Shown here piece after piece: positions 26,160 through 40,373 of a DNA stretch of 64,000 bases. The notes under the pieces are model-generated. The model was not told the origin of the DNA. It saw nothing but the letters and a program-made list of their open reading frames with translations, and made no database searches. The position numbers were made by a program, and so were the translations under genes. Source of the DNA: Eledone cirrhosa. Taxonomy: Eukaryota. The stretch is taken from NCBI GenBank assembly GCA_964016885.1, contig OZ024757.1, positions 32,798,001 to 32,862,000 on the forward strand, written 5' to 3'. Every line of letters starts with the position of its first letter. Position 1 is the stretch's first letter.

Positions 26160-26590
26160 GGTTGTGGAACCATGACAACCAGAAATGTCTTGCAGTATTT
26201 AATTTCTTCCTGTTATGGTCTTGTGTTCAAATTTTGCCAGCAGCGATTGACTTTCGGCTTTTCATCTCTCTGGGATCAATAAACTACAATGTAGCTGTTG
26301 TTGTTGACATTGCTGTTGTTGTTGTTGTTGTTGTTGTTGCTGTTGCTGTTGCTGATGTTGTTGTCGTTGTTGTTGATGTTGCTGGTGTTGTCATTTTTGT
26401 GAGTGCTGTTGTTGATTTTGTTGTTGTTGATGATACTGCTGTTGTTGTTGATGATGATGTTGCTTGTGTTGTCATACTTGCGGGTTCTGTTTTTGTTGCT
26501 AGTGTTGTCATACTTGCAGGTTCTATTGTAGTAGATGATGATGATGCTAGTGTTGTTGTAATTCTTGTGGGTACTTGTTGTTGCTGTTGC
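25876..26590. repeat. (CAT)n and (GTT)n trinucleotide tracts
   Basis: Direct inspection. Confidence 0.9.
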
Positions 26591-29437
26591 TCATCAAAAA
26601 ATATTTACTATCTTCTTGGAAACACCACCCCTCAGACATATAAGCTTTACACAGCTAAATGGACAAAACCCACTGTAGAAATATTTGACGGGTTTCTACT
26701 CCCTCCACCCTTATTTTACAATATTCTGTCAATGTGTGTGAACAACCAAACATAGATAAGTTGAGATAGAAACTGTGTATAAGAGGAATAAACTGTAGTG
26801 TACAGGAGAGAAGACTATGTTGGTGTGGCCATGTTGTGTGTATGAATGATGACCGCTGGGTGAAGAAGTGCCAAGTAATCCCAGTGGAAGGAAGATGCAG
26901 TAGAGGAAGACTACGAAAAGCAATGGGCAGAGGTGGTGAGAGCTGACCTCAGATCGCTGAAGCTCACAGAGGAGATGATGAAGGATTGCGACAAATGGAG
27001 AGATGCTGTGCTGAAGGGGATCCGGGAAAAAGTAGACTTAAAATGACAACGATGATGATGATTCTCAACCACAGTGTCTCTCGACATATCATTCAATCAC
27101 CTTATATGTACACTTCCTCAACCAGGATGTGTTTAACATACTATTAGATTAACCTAATCTCTTTGATCATAAACTTACTATCTTTATATCCTCATGTGTG
27201 GCATTTCTTATCTTATTCTTTCTCTACCTTTTTTCCCACTCATTGTAACTCTTACCCATTCCTCTATCAACTGTATCGATATGATATGTTCGCTATACTT
27301 ATATAAAGTAAACATATAGGTGTTTACATAAGTATCCAACAGTGCTGTACACAGATAAGTACTTGTCAGCACAAGATTTGGGTGCATATATGTTATCAAT
27401 ATATATATCTATATATAGATAGATATATTGATAATATGTGTATAGACAGACTAACTTTAAATATTTTCTTATTTTTTCCCATACTTGTTCAAAAGGCAAA
27501 GTCTTTTTCATATCGAAAATACTTTCCCCATGAGACTTTTTCTGAAATCTCGTTCAGCCATTTGTATGCACTTTTGCCTAAAGATGTGACAAACATCCAT
27601 CGTTTGCACTTGTGCAGGCTTTGTTAACTCGTGAAACCATTAGTTGCAAATTAAATTTTATGTCTGTGATCATAATATATATATATATATTCAGTTATAT
27701 TTAGTGGTTCACCACTGGATAGAACTGGTCATTCTATTTAGTTAACCGTTTAGTTGTTTTAATCAAACCAATAGCATCATCATCATCGTTTAACATCCAT
27801 TTTCCACGCTAGCATGGGTAGAACAGGTTGACCCTTTGGGAGAGCATCAAGTCAGGGGGCCGTGTTTTGCTCACCCAGGGCAGATTTTGACTTGGTTTCT
27901 ACAGCTGGATGTCCTTCCTAACACCATCCACATTAACAGTGTGTGCTGCGTGCTTTTTGTCATGTCACCTACATGACCACTTTACGGTGTGGACAGGGTG
28001 CTTTTGTCTGGACACCCGGGGACATAGATGGTGTGGGATGGAAACTAGGGAAGGAGGCAGAGGAAGCTTGAGGAAATTGCAGACCGTAGGTAATATATAT
28101 ATAGTTGCAGAAGAAAAGGTGCTTATACGTGGTTGTTAAGCTGGTTTGAGCGATCCCAAAACACTTCACATCAGTAGTTTATCCCAGCTAAAAGTTGATT
28201 AGGAGTGATGGAGTATTCATTTATCAAATCAAGAGTAGTTAAGATGAGGTTACTTCACCATAATTGCTTTATTACATGATATATATTTCTGGTACATTGT
28301 TATGCATGTGACTTCATTAGATGCTCATACAATCAAAGGTGTAGTTATGCAATCATGGGGGTATGTAGCTGGTCATGTATTACCATCCAGTTGTGATGCC
28401 AGCAGACATATGACTGCTGGCATCACAGTAATTTTAATTTAGGTGAAAACCCAAAGATAACAATTCAAATTATTTTATTAAATTCTACGTTCATTTCAAT
28501 TTTAATGAAATACAATTAAAAAATCTAAAAATAATGATTTGCAGATTAATTAATTAATCAATCAAATCAATAAAACAGTTGCAATCGCATAAGATAAAAT
28601 CTCACCAGGAGATCAATATTAGATTTGAAGAATGCAAATCCCAAAAGATACCAAGTCATGATAAAATAATTATAGATATTAACCCTTTAGCAGTTACATT
28701 ACATTATATTTACTATTGTATTTTTGTGATAAAAGCTTTATCTCACATAATAATGAATCTATGACATTTTGATATTATTTATTTTGAGAACAATACCTTA
28801 ACATTGTATGAGAGGCCAGTTACAGCTGGTTTGAACAGAAAGAGGTGAGAGAATTCTGGCCAGATACTGGTTAGAAAGCAGTCTTTTTTTTTTTTTAAAT
28901 ACAACAAATATGCAAGACAGGTCATTAGATGTGTTTTAAACATTATGCAATTTGATTAAAGCCATAAAAAGGTCTAATGTAAAGCCATAAGTCCTCCAAG
29001 CTGTAATATATTTTATATATATGAACTCAAATATATTTTTTTAATTACTAAATGTTATGGTCCAATATTTTTTTTTCAATATGACACTATTTTAAACAGT
29101 GTATTTTGACAAATACCATCGTCAAACATGGCTATCAAAGAATTTTTTTTTCCCTTTCTGCCACTGCTCACTCTCCGCTATCTTTCTATTTCTTAATTAA
29201 TTTCTCATTCTATTTTCTGATAAAGGACTAGCACCTGAAACGTTAAGACTCTTTTCCTATTATATCAATATATTTCTTCATTGTACTGTGTTGTTTACTT
29301 TTTATATCTGTTTACCTTTTGCATACATATATATATTTATTTATATATATATATTTCAGATTTTGGTCTTTGTATTTATTATTACTATATATATATATTA
29401 ATAATAAATACAATATATACTATATATATATATATTA

Positions 29438-29753
29438 TGGAGGCACATGGCTTAGTGGTTAGAGCATTGGCCTTGCAATAGAAAGGTTGTGAGTTCAATT
29501 CTCAGACCGGGTGATATTTCACATTGCTCCAGTTTACTCAGCTGTAGAAATGAGATGATAGGAATTGGGGTCCATATCATTCCACTGCAAACTGGTCGTG
29601 GAGGTGCCACGGCAAAAAAGCACCCAGCACTCACTGTAAATGAGGTTGGTGTTAAGAAGGGCATCCAGCTGTAGAAATCAAGCCAGCATCAGTTTCCATC
29701 CCACCCTTGCAAGCAGGGAAAAAGCGGATGTAAAATGAAATGATGATGATGAT
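29438..29753 (+). mobile_element. SINE family A, near full-length
   Basis: TGGCTTAGTGGTTAGAGC (A box), GAGTTCAATTC (B box), core and (GAT)n tail. Confidence 0.85.
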
Positions 29754-29827
29754 ATATATATATATAAAATAATATATAATATACATATACATAAAATAAT
29801 ATATAATATAATATAGAGAGAGAGACG

Positions 29828-29858
<31 letters not shown>

Positions 29859-30489
29859 TTACACACAGAGCCAAGGTAAACCAAATGCTATATCTGATCA
29901 GAGCAGAAATATATATTTTTAGAAAATATGTTTATCCTATAAAAATACATTATTAATTTTTTCTTATTTCTCATTTCTGATTTATTTATAAATATTTATA
30001 AATCTTCCGAGTTACTCAGGCAGTAACTCTGTCTTGTTAACAGGAAAATCTTTTGGCTGATACTGAATAAATTTAATCTTATGACTATTTCTCATATATA
30101 ATGCAAACATCACCTACATCAATTTTGAACTTTAAAATTCTATTCTTTTCTGATATTTTCCTGCACATTATGTATACAGTTGTGCAGGGGTTACATCCCT
30201 AAAGCACCCGCAAAGAGTGAAAAACTACAAATATTTGACGTGGTCCATAAAAATGGCTATAAACATAAAAATATAACGTAAAATATAATAAAAAGGGCGT
30301 CCAAAAAAATAGGCCAGCAAATACGGTATGTTGTCATTTATAATTTAGCGTTAAAAAAATATATATTGCCACAAAATAGCCATTAAAAAAATCGTGGAAG
30401 ACATTTACGATTCCGCAAATATGTGGTGGTTTCCACAAACAATTATTAGTTTGGTTCTAAGGAAAATTCCACGAATAACTAGGATTGCA

Positions 30490-32152
30490 AATGTTGGGAC
30501 CATGAATGTCGGGACTGCGAAGGCCAGGAGTATGAATGTCGGGACTGCGAATGCCAGGGGTATGAATGTCGGGACTGCGAATGTCAGGGGTATGAATGTC
30601 GGGACTGCGAAGGCCAGGGGTATGAATGTTAGGACTGCGAAGGCCAGGGGTATGAATGTCGGGACTGCGAAGGCCAGGGGTATGAATATCGGGACTGCGA
30701 ATGCCAGGGGTATGAATGTCGGGACTGCGAAGGCCAGAGGTATGAATGTCAGGACTGCAAATGCCAGGGGTATGAATGTCGGGACTGCAAAGGCCAGGGG
30801 TATGAATGTCGGGACTGCGAAGGACAGGGGTATGAATGTCAGGACTGCAAATGCCAGGGGTATGAATGTCGGGACTGCGAATGCCAGGGGTATGAATATC
30901 GGGACTGCGAAGGCCAGGGGTATGAATGTCAGGACTGCAAAGGCTAGGGGTATGAATGTCGGGACTGCGAATGCCAGGGGTATGAATGTCGGGACTGCAA
31001 ATGCCAGGGGTATGAATATCGGGACTGCGAATGCCAGGGGTATGAATGTCGGGACTGCGAATGCCAGGGGTATGAATATCGGGACTGCGAATGCCAGGGG
31101 TATCAATGTCAGGACTGCGAAGGCCAGGGGTATGAATGTCAGGACTGCGAAGGCCAGGGGTATGAATGTCAGGACTGCAAAGGCTAGGGGTATGAATGTC
31201 GGGACTGCAAATGCCAGGGGTATGAATGTCGGGACTGCGAATGCCAGGGGTATGAATATCGGGACTGCGAATGCCAGGGGTATGAATGTCGGGACTGCGA
31301 ATGCCAGGGGTATGAATATCGGGACTGCGAATGCCAGGGGTATCAATGTCAGGACTGCGAAGGCCAGGGGTATGAATGTCAGGACTGCGAAGGCCAGGGG
31401 TATGAATGTCAGGACTGCGAAGGCCAGGGGTATGAATGTCGGGACTGCGAAGGCCAGGGGTATGAATGTCGGGACTGCGAAGGCCAGGGGTATGAATGTC
31501 AGGACTGCGAAGGCCAGGGGTATGAATGTCGGGACTGCGAAGGACAGGGGTATGAATGTTGGGCCTGCGAAGGCCAGGGGTATGAATGTCGGGACTGCGA
31601 ATGCCAGGGGTATGAATGTCGGGACTGCGAAGGACAGGGGTATGAATGTCGGGACTGCGAAGGCCAGGGGTATGAATGTCAGGACTGCGAAGGACAGGGG
31701 TATGAATGTCAGGACTGCGAAGGACAGGGGTATGAATGTCAGGACTGCGAAGGACAGGGGTATGAATGTCGGGACTGCGAAGGCCAGGGGTATGAATGTC
31801 AGGACTGCGAAGGCCAGGGGTATGAATGTCAGGACTGCGAAGGCCAGGGGTATGAATGTCAGGACTGCGAAGGACAGGGGTATGAATGTCGGGACTGCGA
31901 AGGCCAGGGGTATGAATGTCAGGACTGCGAAGGACAGGGGTATGAATGTCGGGCCTTCGAAGGCCAGGGGTATGAATGTCGGGACTGCGAATGCCAGGGG
32001 TATGAATGTCGGGCCTGCGAATGCCAGGGGTATGAATGTCGGGACTGCGAAGGCCAGGGGTATGAATGTCGGGACTGCGAAGGCCAGGGGTATGAATGTC
32101 GGGCCTGCGAAGGCCAGGGGTATGAATGTCGGGCCTGCAAATGCCAGGGGTA
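30490..32152. repeat. 30-bp minisatellite, ~55 copies
   Basis: Unit RGGACTGCGAAKGMCAGGGGTATGAATGTC; stop-free on both strands (MNVGTAKARG / PTFIPLAFAV). Confidence 0.97.
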
Positions 32153-32825
32153 CACTATATAATGCAAACACCACCAATATCATTTTTGAACTTTAAAATC
32201 CTATCCTTTACTGATATTTTCCAGCACATTATGTATACTTCAATATGGTTGTCTGGAAAACTGTTGCTTCTCTTCTCTCTTCCATGTAAGTGGTTGCAAC
32301 AATTTATATTACAATTGATATCATCATCATCATCACCATCTATCATCCTGTATCAGTATCATCATGTATCATCATCATCATCACCATCATCTACCATCAT
32401 CATCATCACCATCATCTATCATGTATCAGCATCATCTATCATCCTCATCAGTGTTATCATCATAATCGCCATCACCATCATCATCATCACCACCCTCCTC
32501 GTTGTCATCATCATCGCCATCATCATCTTTGCAATCATCATTATCATTATCATCACCACCATCATCATCATCGTTGCTGTCATTATCATCAATATCATCA
32601 TCAATATCATCATCAATATCATCATCATCATTATCATCATCCTCACTACCATAATCATCACTATGATATGGGTTGGACAGGTCTCCTCCCTACACAACAT
32701 TTTACCACTTGTTGCAGTTCCTTGTCGTCTTCTTGATGTTCAGCATCTTGAGATCAGCTTTCGACACTTCTTCACTTCTCTTGGCACTTCTTTGCCGAAT
32801 TATTGTTATTATTTGTTTTCGCAAG

Positions 32826-33310
32826 GTACCAGTAATGCATTGGGTAATTGCTGGCCTTGTGCCAAAAGTAGAAACAATTATTTGTTTTCGCAAGGGCAGT
32901 GAATTGGCAGTATCGGTAGAGGGTTGGACGCCATGCTTTCTAGCATAGTTACGTCCCTTTACAGTCTGAGTTCAAATCCCGCCGAGGTTAATTTTGCCTT
33001 TCATCCTTACGGGGTCGATAAAATAAAGTACCAGTAATGTACTGGGTAATTGCTGGCCTTGTGCCAAAAGTAGAAACAATTATTTGTTTTCGCAAGGATG
33101 ACACGCAAATTTGTGAAGCATTCCATATTTTTTTTTTTTTTTTTTACTATTATGTTTTGATGTATAGAGTTACAGTCCTTGCCATTCTGAGTTCAAATCC
33201 CGCCGAGGTTAACTTTGCCTTTCATCCTTAGGGGGTCGATAAAATGAAGTACCAGTATTGCACTGGGATAATTGCTGGCCTTGTGCCAAAAGTAGAAACA
33301 ATTATTTGTT
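32826..33310 (+). mobile_element. Cluster of SINE family B (one full copy 32893-33085 plus partial copies)
   Basis: 3' end GTACCAGTA..CTGGGTAATTGCTGGCCTTGTGCCAAAAGTAGAAACAATTATT occurs three times; B-box-like GAGTTCAAATCC. Confidence 0.8.
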
Positions 33311-34820
33311 TTGGGATACTTAAATTATATCTTGTTGATATATAAATTTGATTGACTTCTGTCCATCCATCCGTCCATCACACTACCTGTATGCGTGTTT
33401 GTGTGAATGTATCATCATCATCATCGTTTAACGTCTATCTTCCGTGCTAGCATAGGTTAGACAGGAATTGTCCCACTTGGGGCAAGATTGATCAGGTGAC
33501 CATGTCTCGCTCGTATAGGACTGTATCTGGCAGGTTTTCTACGGCTGGATGCCCTTCCTAACACCAACCACATTTACAGTGTGGACTGGGAGCCTTTTTA
33601 TTGTGTCTCCTACATGACCACTTTACAGCGTATGTGTGTGTAAAAGGAAGGAAGGTTATGTTGAAAAACTATAGCAAAATTGCAGCTGGAGTTTCATTTT
33701 CTACGCTGTGTGTGAGTGTGTTTGTGTGAATGTATGTGTATTTGTGTGAATTTATGTCTGTGAGTGGGTATAAGAGAGATAAACTGTAGTGTGTGGGAGA
33801 GAAGTCTGTGATGCGCATGGAGGATGACCGCTGGATAAAGAAGTGCCAAGAAATCTCAGTGGAAGGAAGACGCAGTAGAGATGCTGCAAAGCATGGCGTC
33901 AGACCCTCTACAGATACTGCCAATCCACCGCCCTTTCCATAATAATTAATAGAAACAATTATAAATCTTAATGCAAGGATAGCTGTTAAAACAACCAAAT
34001 GCTGTCAGTGACAGTATGCAGGTCAGGTAAAAATACCTCTTTAGATAAGAACCTTTATGTTCTAAACACCAGCTTAACTCTTTTGATACAAAACTGCCAT
34101 AAACAATCCATGGTTCTACAATACAAAACTGTTTGTTTCAAAGTGTTTATATTTATCTAAATACTTTCCATCATAATTTTAGATAAGAACCTTTGTTATG
34201 TCCTAAACACTAGTTTAACTCTTTTGGTACCAAACTGCCTAGAATAATCCTAGGTTCTACAAAGGAAAGTTTTAAAATAAGTATTATATTTATCTAAAAA
34301 CTTACCATCATAATTTTAGTTAAGAATCTTTGTTTCTAAACACCAACTTAACTTTTTTGATACCAAACAGCCTGAAAGTATTCCTGGTTCTACAATACTG
34401 CTGGCATGGGTTGGATAGTCTGAGACTGGTTGGGTCAAAGAATCACATTTTCTTTATATGTTCCAAATTTTCTGCCTTAGTTTATTTTTATGTAAGAACC
34501 TTCATTGAGTTATGCTCAAAGCACTAACTTAATCATGAAAAAGTTTGTTACATTACTAAGTATATTAAAAATCATGGTTATCTTCAAAATTATTTGAAAA
34601 TAACAGGTGAGGTATATTCTGGTGTTGAGTTGTTAAAATATGGTAAAAAATAGGTAAACCTTTTAATACCAATCTGCTTAAAACTGCCCTAGATTTATGA
34701 TACAAAACTGAACATTTTAAAATGTTTATCTATATATTAAAACCTTCCATCATAATTTTATTTTAGAAATTGGGGTTAAGTAACATTCTAAATATCAGCT
34801 TATTAATTTAAAAAATTAGC

Positions 34821-35275
34821 TACTCCTAGGTCTCAAATACCCCCCCCCCCCGCGCCTGCTTATTAATATTTCAAATTTCCCCCACCCATCCCCTTATTCC
34901 ACCCCACTTATTAAATTTTGGTAATCTATCTCAGGTGAAATTTTATTTTAAGTGGTAGCATTCCTGCAACAATCAATTTTCTTTATACATTAAAAAACAT
35001 TATACATGGCAAAAAAAAAGTACATTACTAGAAATTCCATATGTTATAAAATAAATAGGATGGGTTGGGGTCTCAATATGTAAACTAAACGACTAATTCT
35101 GGTTTTTAAAAACAATGGGAACAACCCAGAAAAATTACAGATGTTCCGACCCCACCACTTATTCTTAAACCCTCCCCCACGCATTTATTTCAACTGATCC
35201 ACTTATCCCCCCCCCCACACACACACACACGCGCTTATTCCAGCACTACCCCCTATTATTTGGGACCCAAGAGTA
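34821..35275. mobile_element. MITE-like non-autonomous DNA transposon
   Basis: Imperfect TIRs TACTCCTAGGTCTCAAATA / TATTTGGGACCCAAGAGTA. Confidence 0.55.
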
Positions 35276-36004
35276 TTTTATTAAACTCCTCCAAATTTTG
35301 TGTTACTTTCAAAATTAATTGAAATACATAGGCAGTGTTTTTCATTAGAAGTATGGAAATACTGTAATGAAAGGATTAACAATGGTTCGTCTTTGCTATG
35401 GTCATTACTTTTCAGTTGAAGTAAGAACATTTCTTCAATAATACAGTGTCTTTAGATTGTCTTTTTATATTCTTTAGTTGCGAGCAGGCCATTCACTAAT
35501 AATTAATGAATAAACATCATTTATAATTATTTCCAAGAACTATCAGAAATGAAATTCACAGTATCATTTGAAAAAGGAATTAAGATGAAGAAAAGATAGA
35601 AATAGATTCCTCACCAAATCTTAATTATCTCTTCATATTTCTAATAAACATGACAGCCATCATTTGTACTAAATTTCCTCAATGCGTCTAAAAATAGAAC
35701 TCAATGAAAATGACTTTTGGTTTGGACACAAAAATTAAAAGAAAAAATGAAAATATACATCACTTTTAGCTCACATCTAGGAAATATGGTTATTAATATA
35801 AATGAAACAATAGTCGCACATATATGATGTATGTATGTATGTATGTGAGATTGTATTTATGAATTATATATATACATATAGTGAAGAGATAGAATCCTAA
35901 CTGTGAGCCTGGCTGTTTCAACTAATTATCTACCTTTCCAATAGAATCATTTATATGTGTATGTGTGTGTCTATCTATCTATCTATCTATCTCTTACTTC
36001 CTTT

Positions 36005-36049
<45 letters not shown>

Positions 36050-36055
<6 letters not shown>

Positions 36056-36246
36056 CAGTCGATCGACTTTCATCAAATTGGACCTAGGAAACAATGTTTC
36101 CATTGGTCTTTCCAATTGCTAATATATATATATATATTAGCAATTGGAAAGACCAATGGAAACATTGTTTCCTAGATATATATATTAGCAATTGGAAAGA
36201 CCAATGGAACCATTGTTTCCTAGGTCCAATTTGATGAAAGTCGATA
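36050..36246. repeat. Palindromic element centred on (TA)n with a duplicated right arm
   Basis: TCGACTTTCATCAAATTGGACCTAGGAAACAATGTTTCCATTGGTCTTTCCAATTGCTAA and its reverse complement; related copy at 37090-37203. Confidence 0.8.
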
Positions 36247-36591
36247 TATATATATACACTGTAAACGTGGTTGGTGTTATGAAGGGCATCCAGCTGTAGA
36301 AAACCCACCAGACAGTTCTATACGAGCAAGACAACCAATCTTGCCTCACGTGGGACAATTCCTGTCTAAACCCATGCTACCGTGGAAGATAGACGTTAAA
36401 CAATGATGATGATGATATATATATATGAAAAAGATATCGTTTTTTACAAAAACAATATAAAAAATTAGAAACATAGGTGGAGAAGTTAAAAACAGCTCAA
36501 AATACAGTAATTTATTATAATAAACAGTAAAAAAGACGAAACATTTGTAAATCAACATTTAATGTAAAAACGTATTTCGTAATTGCTTTAA

Positions 36592-36656
<65 letters not shown>

Positions 36657-36660
<4 letters not shown>

Positions 36661-37090
36661 TCATCAACGTTTACATCCATTCTTCCATGCTAGCATGGGT
36701 TAGACGGGTTGTCCTGTTGTGGGCAGTGTCCAGTCGGCTGACCTTGTCTTGCTCACTCAAAGAACTGATTCTGGCTTGATTTCTACAGCTGGAAGCCTTT
36801 CCTAACACCAACCTCATTTACAGTGAGTGCTGGGTGCTTTTTTTCCGTGGTGCCTGCATGTCCACTTTACAGTGTGGGCTGGGTGCTTTTTTGCTGTGGC
36901 ACCTCCACAACCACTTTGCAGGGGAATGATAGGGACTCCAGTCCTATCATCTCATTTCTACAGCTGAGTAAACTGGAGCAATGTGAAATAGTGTCTTGCT
37001 CAAGGAAACAACACATCACCCGGTCTGAGAATTGAGCTCACAATCTTTCGATTACAAGCCCAATGCTCTAACCACTAAGCCATGTACCTT
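36657..37090 (-). mobile_element. Full-length SINE family A (long variant)
   Basis: tRNA-like head, core and tail. Confidence 0.8.
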
Positions 37091-37199
37091 CGATCGATTT
37101 TCATCAAATCGGACCAAGGAAACAATGTTTCCATTGGTCTTTCCAATAGCTAATACTATCTATCGGTCACAACTCCATATATCGAAAGTTGATCGACTG

Positions 37200-37230
<31 letters not shown>

Positions 37231-37235
<5 letters not shown>

Positions 37236-37900
37236 GTGCAAAATTCTTGAGATCCATGGACGAGTTCTCTCCAGCAGACTCTATGTCCAGCTAACCCAGT
37301 CTCCTTTGTGTCACTTTTGGGAGGCTCCCGTACAAATCTCAGTTCTTCATCCTCAGTGTATACTGATTAATGTTCAGAGCCATCCTCAACATTCTTGTGT
37401 AACACCCATCCACCATCTGAGTGAGTCTCTTGGTCAGTAGCCAAGTCGCTACACCACATCCATCCAGTGTTGTGCACAGAGCCTTGCCAGGGGTGTAAAG
37501 TTTCAAGGTCGTTAAGGGGAAAACTAGAAGGTGCTCCATAGTTTGTAATTGCCCGCATTGGCAGTTGGAATCATCTTTTGATCTTGTTGGAAATCATGCA
37601 CTCATGAGCATTTCAAGGAGCCAAGTGGGGGAAACTAGGCCCAGTTGCTTAATCTGCTCAACAAGGATGTTGTTGAGACCTTGTTGTTTTGCATGGTTAT
37701 GATTGCTGCCTCTAATTCATTTTTTGTGAAGGGACTTGTGCAGCTGGTGGTTTCTTGGCTGAGCACGCCTGGTATCTTGGGTAAATTTGGTCTCTGAGGA
37801 TGGTGATCTGGGTTACCTCGGCTGTTCAGTAGCAACTGGTAGTCTGTAAGTTGAGACCTTGACTGAGACTTTGTGTAGTCATTTCCCAATATCCGTATAG
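37231..37900 (-). mobile_element. Degraded RTE-type LINE fragments
   Basis: LTQMVDGCYTRMLRMALNI and SPFTKNELEAAIITMQNNK in the minus frames. Confidence 0.55.
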
Positions 37901-38212
37901 CCTTCTAGGGTTTCCTGCTGCTATATGACACTTTCAACCAACTCCTGCCACTTCTTCTACCTGCCCTCCATCATAGAGTTGGTCAGGGTGTCCCCGCATT
38001 CCCAGGTGTCAGTACCAAAGGGGTCATCTTCAAAGAGTTGGGTGTACTCTTCATAAATCTCCTTTGCATCATTGGAGAGGCCCTGGATGTAGTTGGTGTG
38101 ACATCCTTCAGGAATATTCTTCCTATATGGCTAGTTACCTTTTCTACTGTGTGAATGTATGTGTGTATATAAGAGAGTATTGAAGTTTGCTTGAAGCATT
38201 GTGGAATAATAA

Positions 38213-40367
38213 AAAAATTTGGTCATTTTGGAAGCCTCAACAATGCAGATGGGTAAATCTCCGGGTAACAGAATCCGGTGGTGAAGAGAGAGATGTAAGA
38301 GAAAATGTAATGTATAGTGTGTAGAGGAATGTAGGAAAGAGTGGAAAAATAATAACACGAGATAGAGTTACCTTGGAAGAGATTTAAATGTCCCTATATT
38401 TCAGATTTCACGTCCATCAACTGGGGTTTTTTCCAAGGGGGAAAGTTTTTAGTCGGAGAGTAACGGTATGTGGCCTCTGTTGTCCACCGTTTGTGTACAA
38501 CTGAGATATTCTGTAGAGCATGCGTAATAGCTGTGGTCAAGCAAAGGTCGAGGCAGTTCCATATAGTATGGGAGTGGGATGGTGCTTCGCCATCATTCCA
38601 TTATACTACCTATATTCAGTCTTTGATAGTGGCAGTGTTGGTAGTCTGCCTGGTTGTCATTTGTTGGTCGGTGGATGGTGGGTGCACTATACACACAATA
38701 ACAATCATTCGAATGCCACTGTGTATGTGTGTGCATGTGTTGTTGTTTTGTTTGTTTACACCAGCCATCTCGTCTCGCTTCTCTCGGATCGGTTATTTAT
38801 TTGTGGTCCTAGGCGTTTGATCCAAAGTGCTTCCTTGATTCTTAAAGTGCCGACGTTGCGTTCTGTTGCTAACTGGGACAATGGGACTTCCGTCTTTGTT
38901 TCTGCATTTAGTTACGTGTTTCCGGAAAGACGAGGCCTGGATGTTGATGTGCTCCTTGATCCGGATATGTAGTGGCCGGATTGTGCTACCGATATAGTAG
39001 TAGTTGCACTTATCACATTCTACCTTGTATACAACACACGTGAGTAAGCAACAGTTCGTTTGGCGCATTGGACAGTTGCTGAGGGAACACGCGTCAGTCA
39101 ATTTCCCGGGTTTTCTGGAGAGGCATCCCCATAGGGAGGGCCCGAATGGGCCAGGTGGATGTCAAGGGCCTCTCTCCATATAGCCCTGCGGATAGCGTTG
39201 GTGGTTTTCTCGCCCAGGTGCGGGATTTTAAGGAAGCACTTGCCTTGGGTGTCTCTCTGCCTCTTGCACCTGGTATCTCTTACTCTGCTTGTAAGCGAGG
39301 GTGGGTATCAATTCATCTTCAGCACCCTGAGGAACCGCTTGGTGTGGGTGACACCACTCACGGGATCGCTGCATCTGTTTTTAATCCACATGATCTCGTT
39401 CGTGATGTACCCTCTTTTAGCACTGTTAGGGAGGGCAGATTTGTAGTGGACGAACAAGTCCCTGCAGGCTGCCTAGCGGTAGAAGCTGGTGCGGATCCCT
39501 CCCTACTCCGTGATGTTGATTCGGAAGTCGAGGAGGGCAAGGGACCTGTCGTCGTCAGGGTGTTCAACACTGAAGTCAATATTCTCGTCCGTGTTGCTGA
39601 ACATCTTGTAAATCCCGCACGCCATCTCCTGGGAAGACGTGAGGATGTCGTCCACGTATCTTCAGAAGGCGACGGCGTTGGGGTGGCAGGCGTTGAGTGC
39701 CTTGCGCTCGAGGCTGTCCATGTACGAGATCACTAGCACACCAGACAGGCTAGAGCCCATGGGTAGCCCTGTGGTTCGCCGGTATTTTGGTCGAGAAAAC
39801 TGAAATATGTGTTGTCGACGACGACGGATAGGAGCTGGTGGATGTCAGTGGGGGTGAGCTCGAAGCAGTGTAGGTTGGTAGATTGAACACGTTCTATCAG
39901 TATATCGACGGCCGGGACCGAGGTGTAAAGAGCAACCACATCAAGGCTGAAGGCATACCTGTTAGCCTTTCTGGTGTCGGGATCCATTTGATGTAGGTGC
40001 TCCAACACTTCCTCGGAGCTGTTTACGTGTCCCGCAAGGTGTCCAGGAGGGGTCTAAGTATTCTGGCTAGGAGCCTAGCTAGGTCCTTCCACGCTCGATA
40101 CAATAGGCCTGATCTTCAGGTCAGGTCCCTCTTTGTGTCTTTTCACGAGGTGATAGGAGGCGGGTAGTCTGCTGTTCCTGGTGAGGAGGTTGTATCTGAG
40201 CTTCCGCCGGTCACAGATGTTGGTCCAGGTGGCGTTGAGCACGGGAGTGATTCCTGTGACTTTAGAGTAGAGGGTGTTGGAGGGCTAGGGTGTTGTAGGC
40301 CTCTCTGCTGATGACGCAGAAATCTTTTCCCTTGTCAGAGGAGAGGTAGATGAGGTTCCTTGATTTC
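38213..40367 (-). mobile_element. Penelope-like element, 5'-truncated and defective (left arm of giant palindrome)
   Basis: RT motifs SLDVVALYTSVP, GLPMGSSLS, RYVDD; GIY-YIG domain VVYKVECDKCNYYYIGSTIRPLHIRIKEH. Confidence 0.9.
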
Positions 40368-40373
40368 CAATCT

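Noticed and set aside
29438-29512. tRNA gene
   Set aside because: tRNA-like A/B boxes continue into SINE body in every copy; these are SINE heads.
30394-32196. 600-aa repeat protein gene
   Set aside because: Open on both strands simply because the 30-bp unit lacks stops; no splice or domain context seen.
39146-39736. 196-198 aa ORFs at 39146 (+) and 41006 (-) as separate genes
   Set aside because: Antisense frames of the GC-rich Penelope RT.
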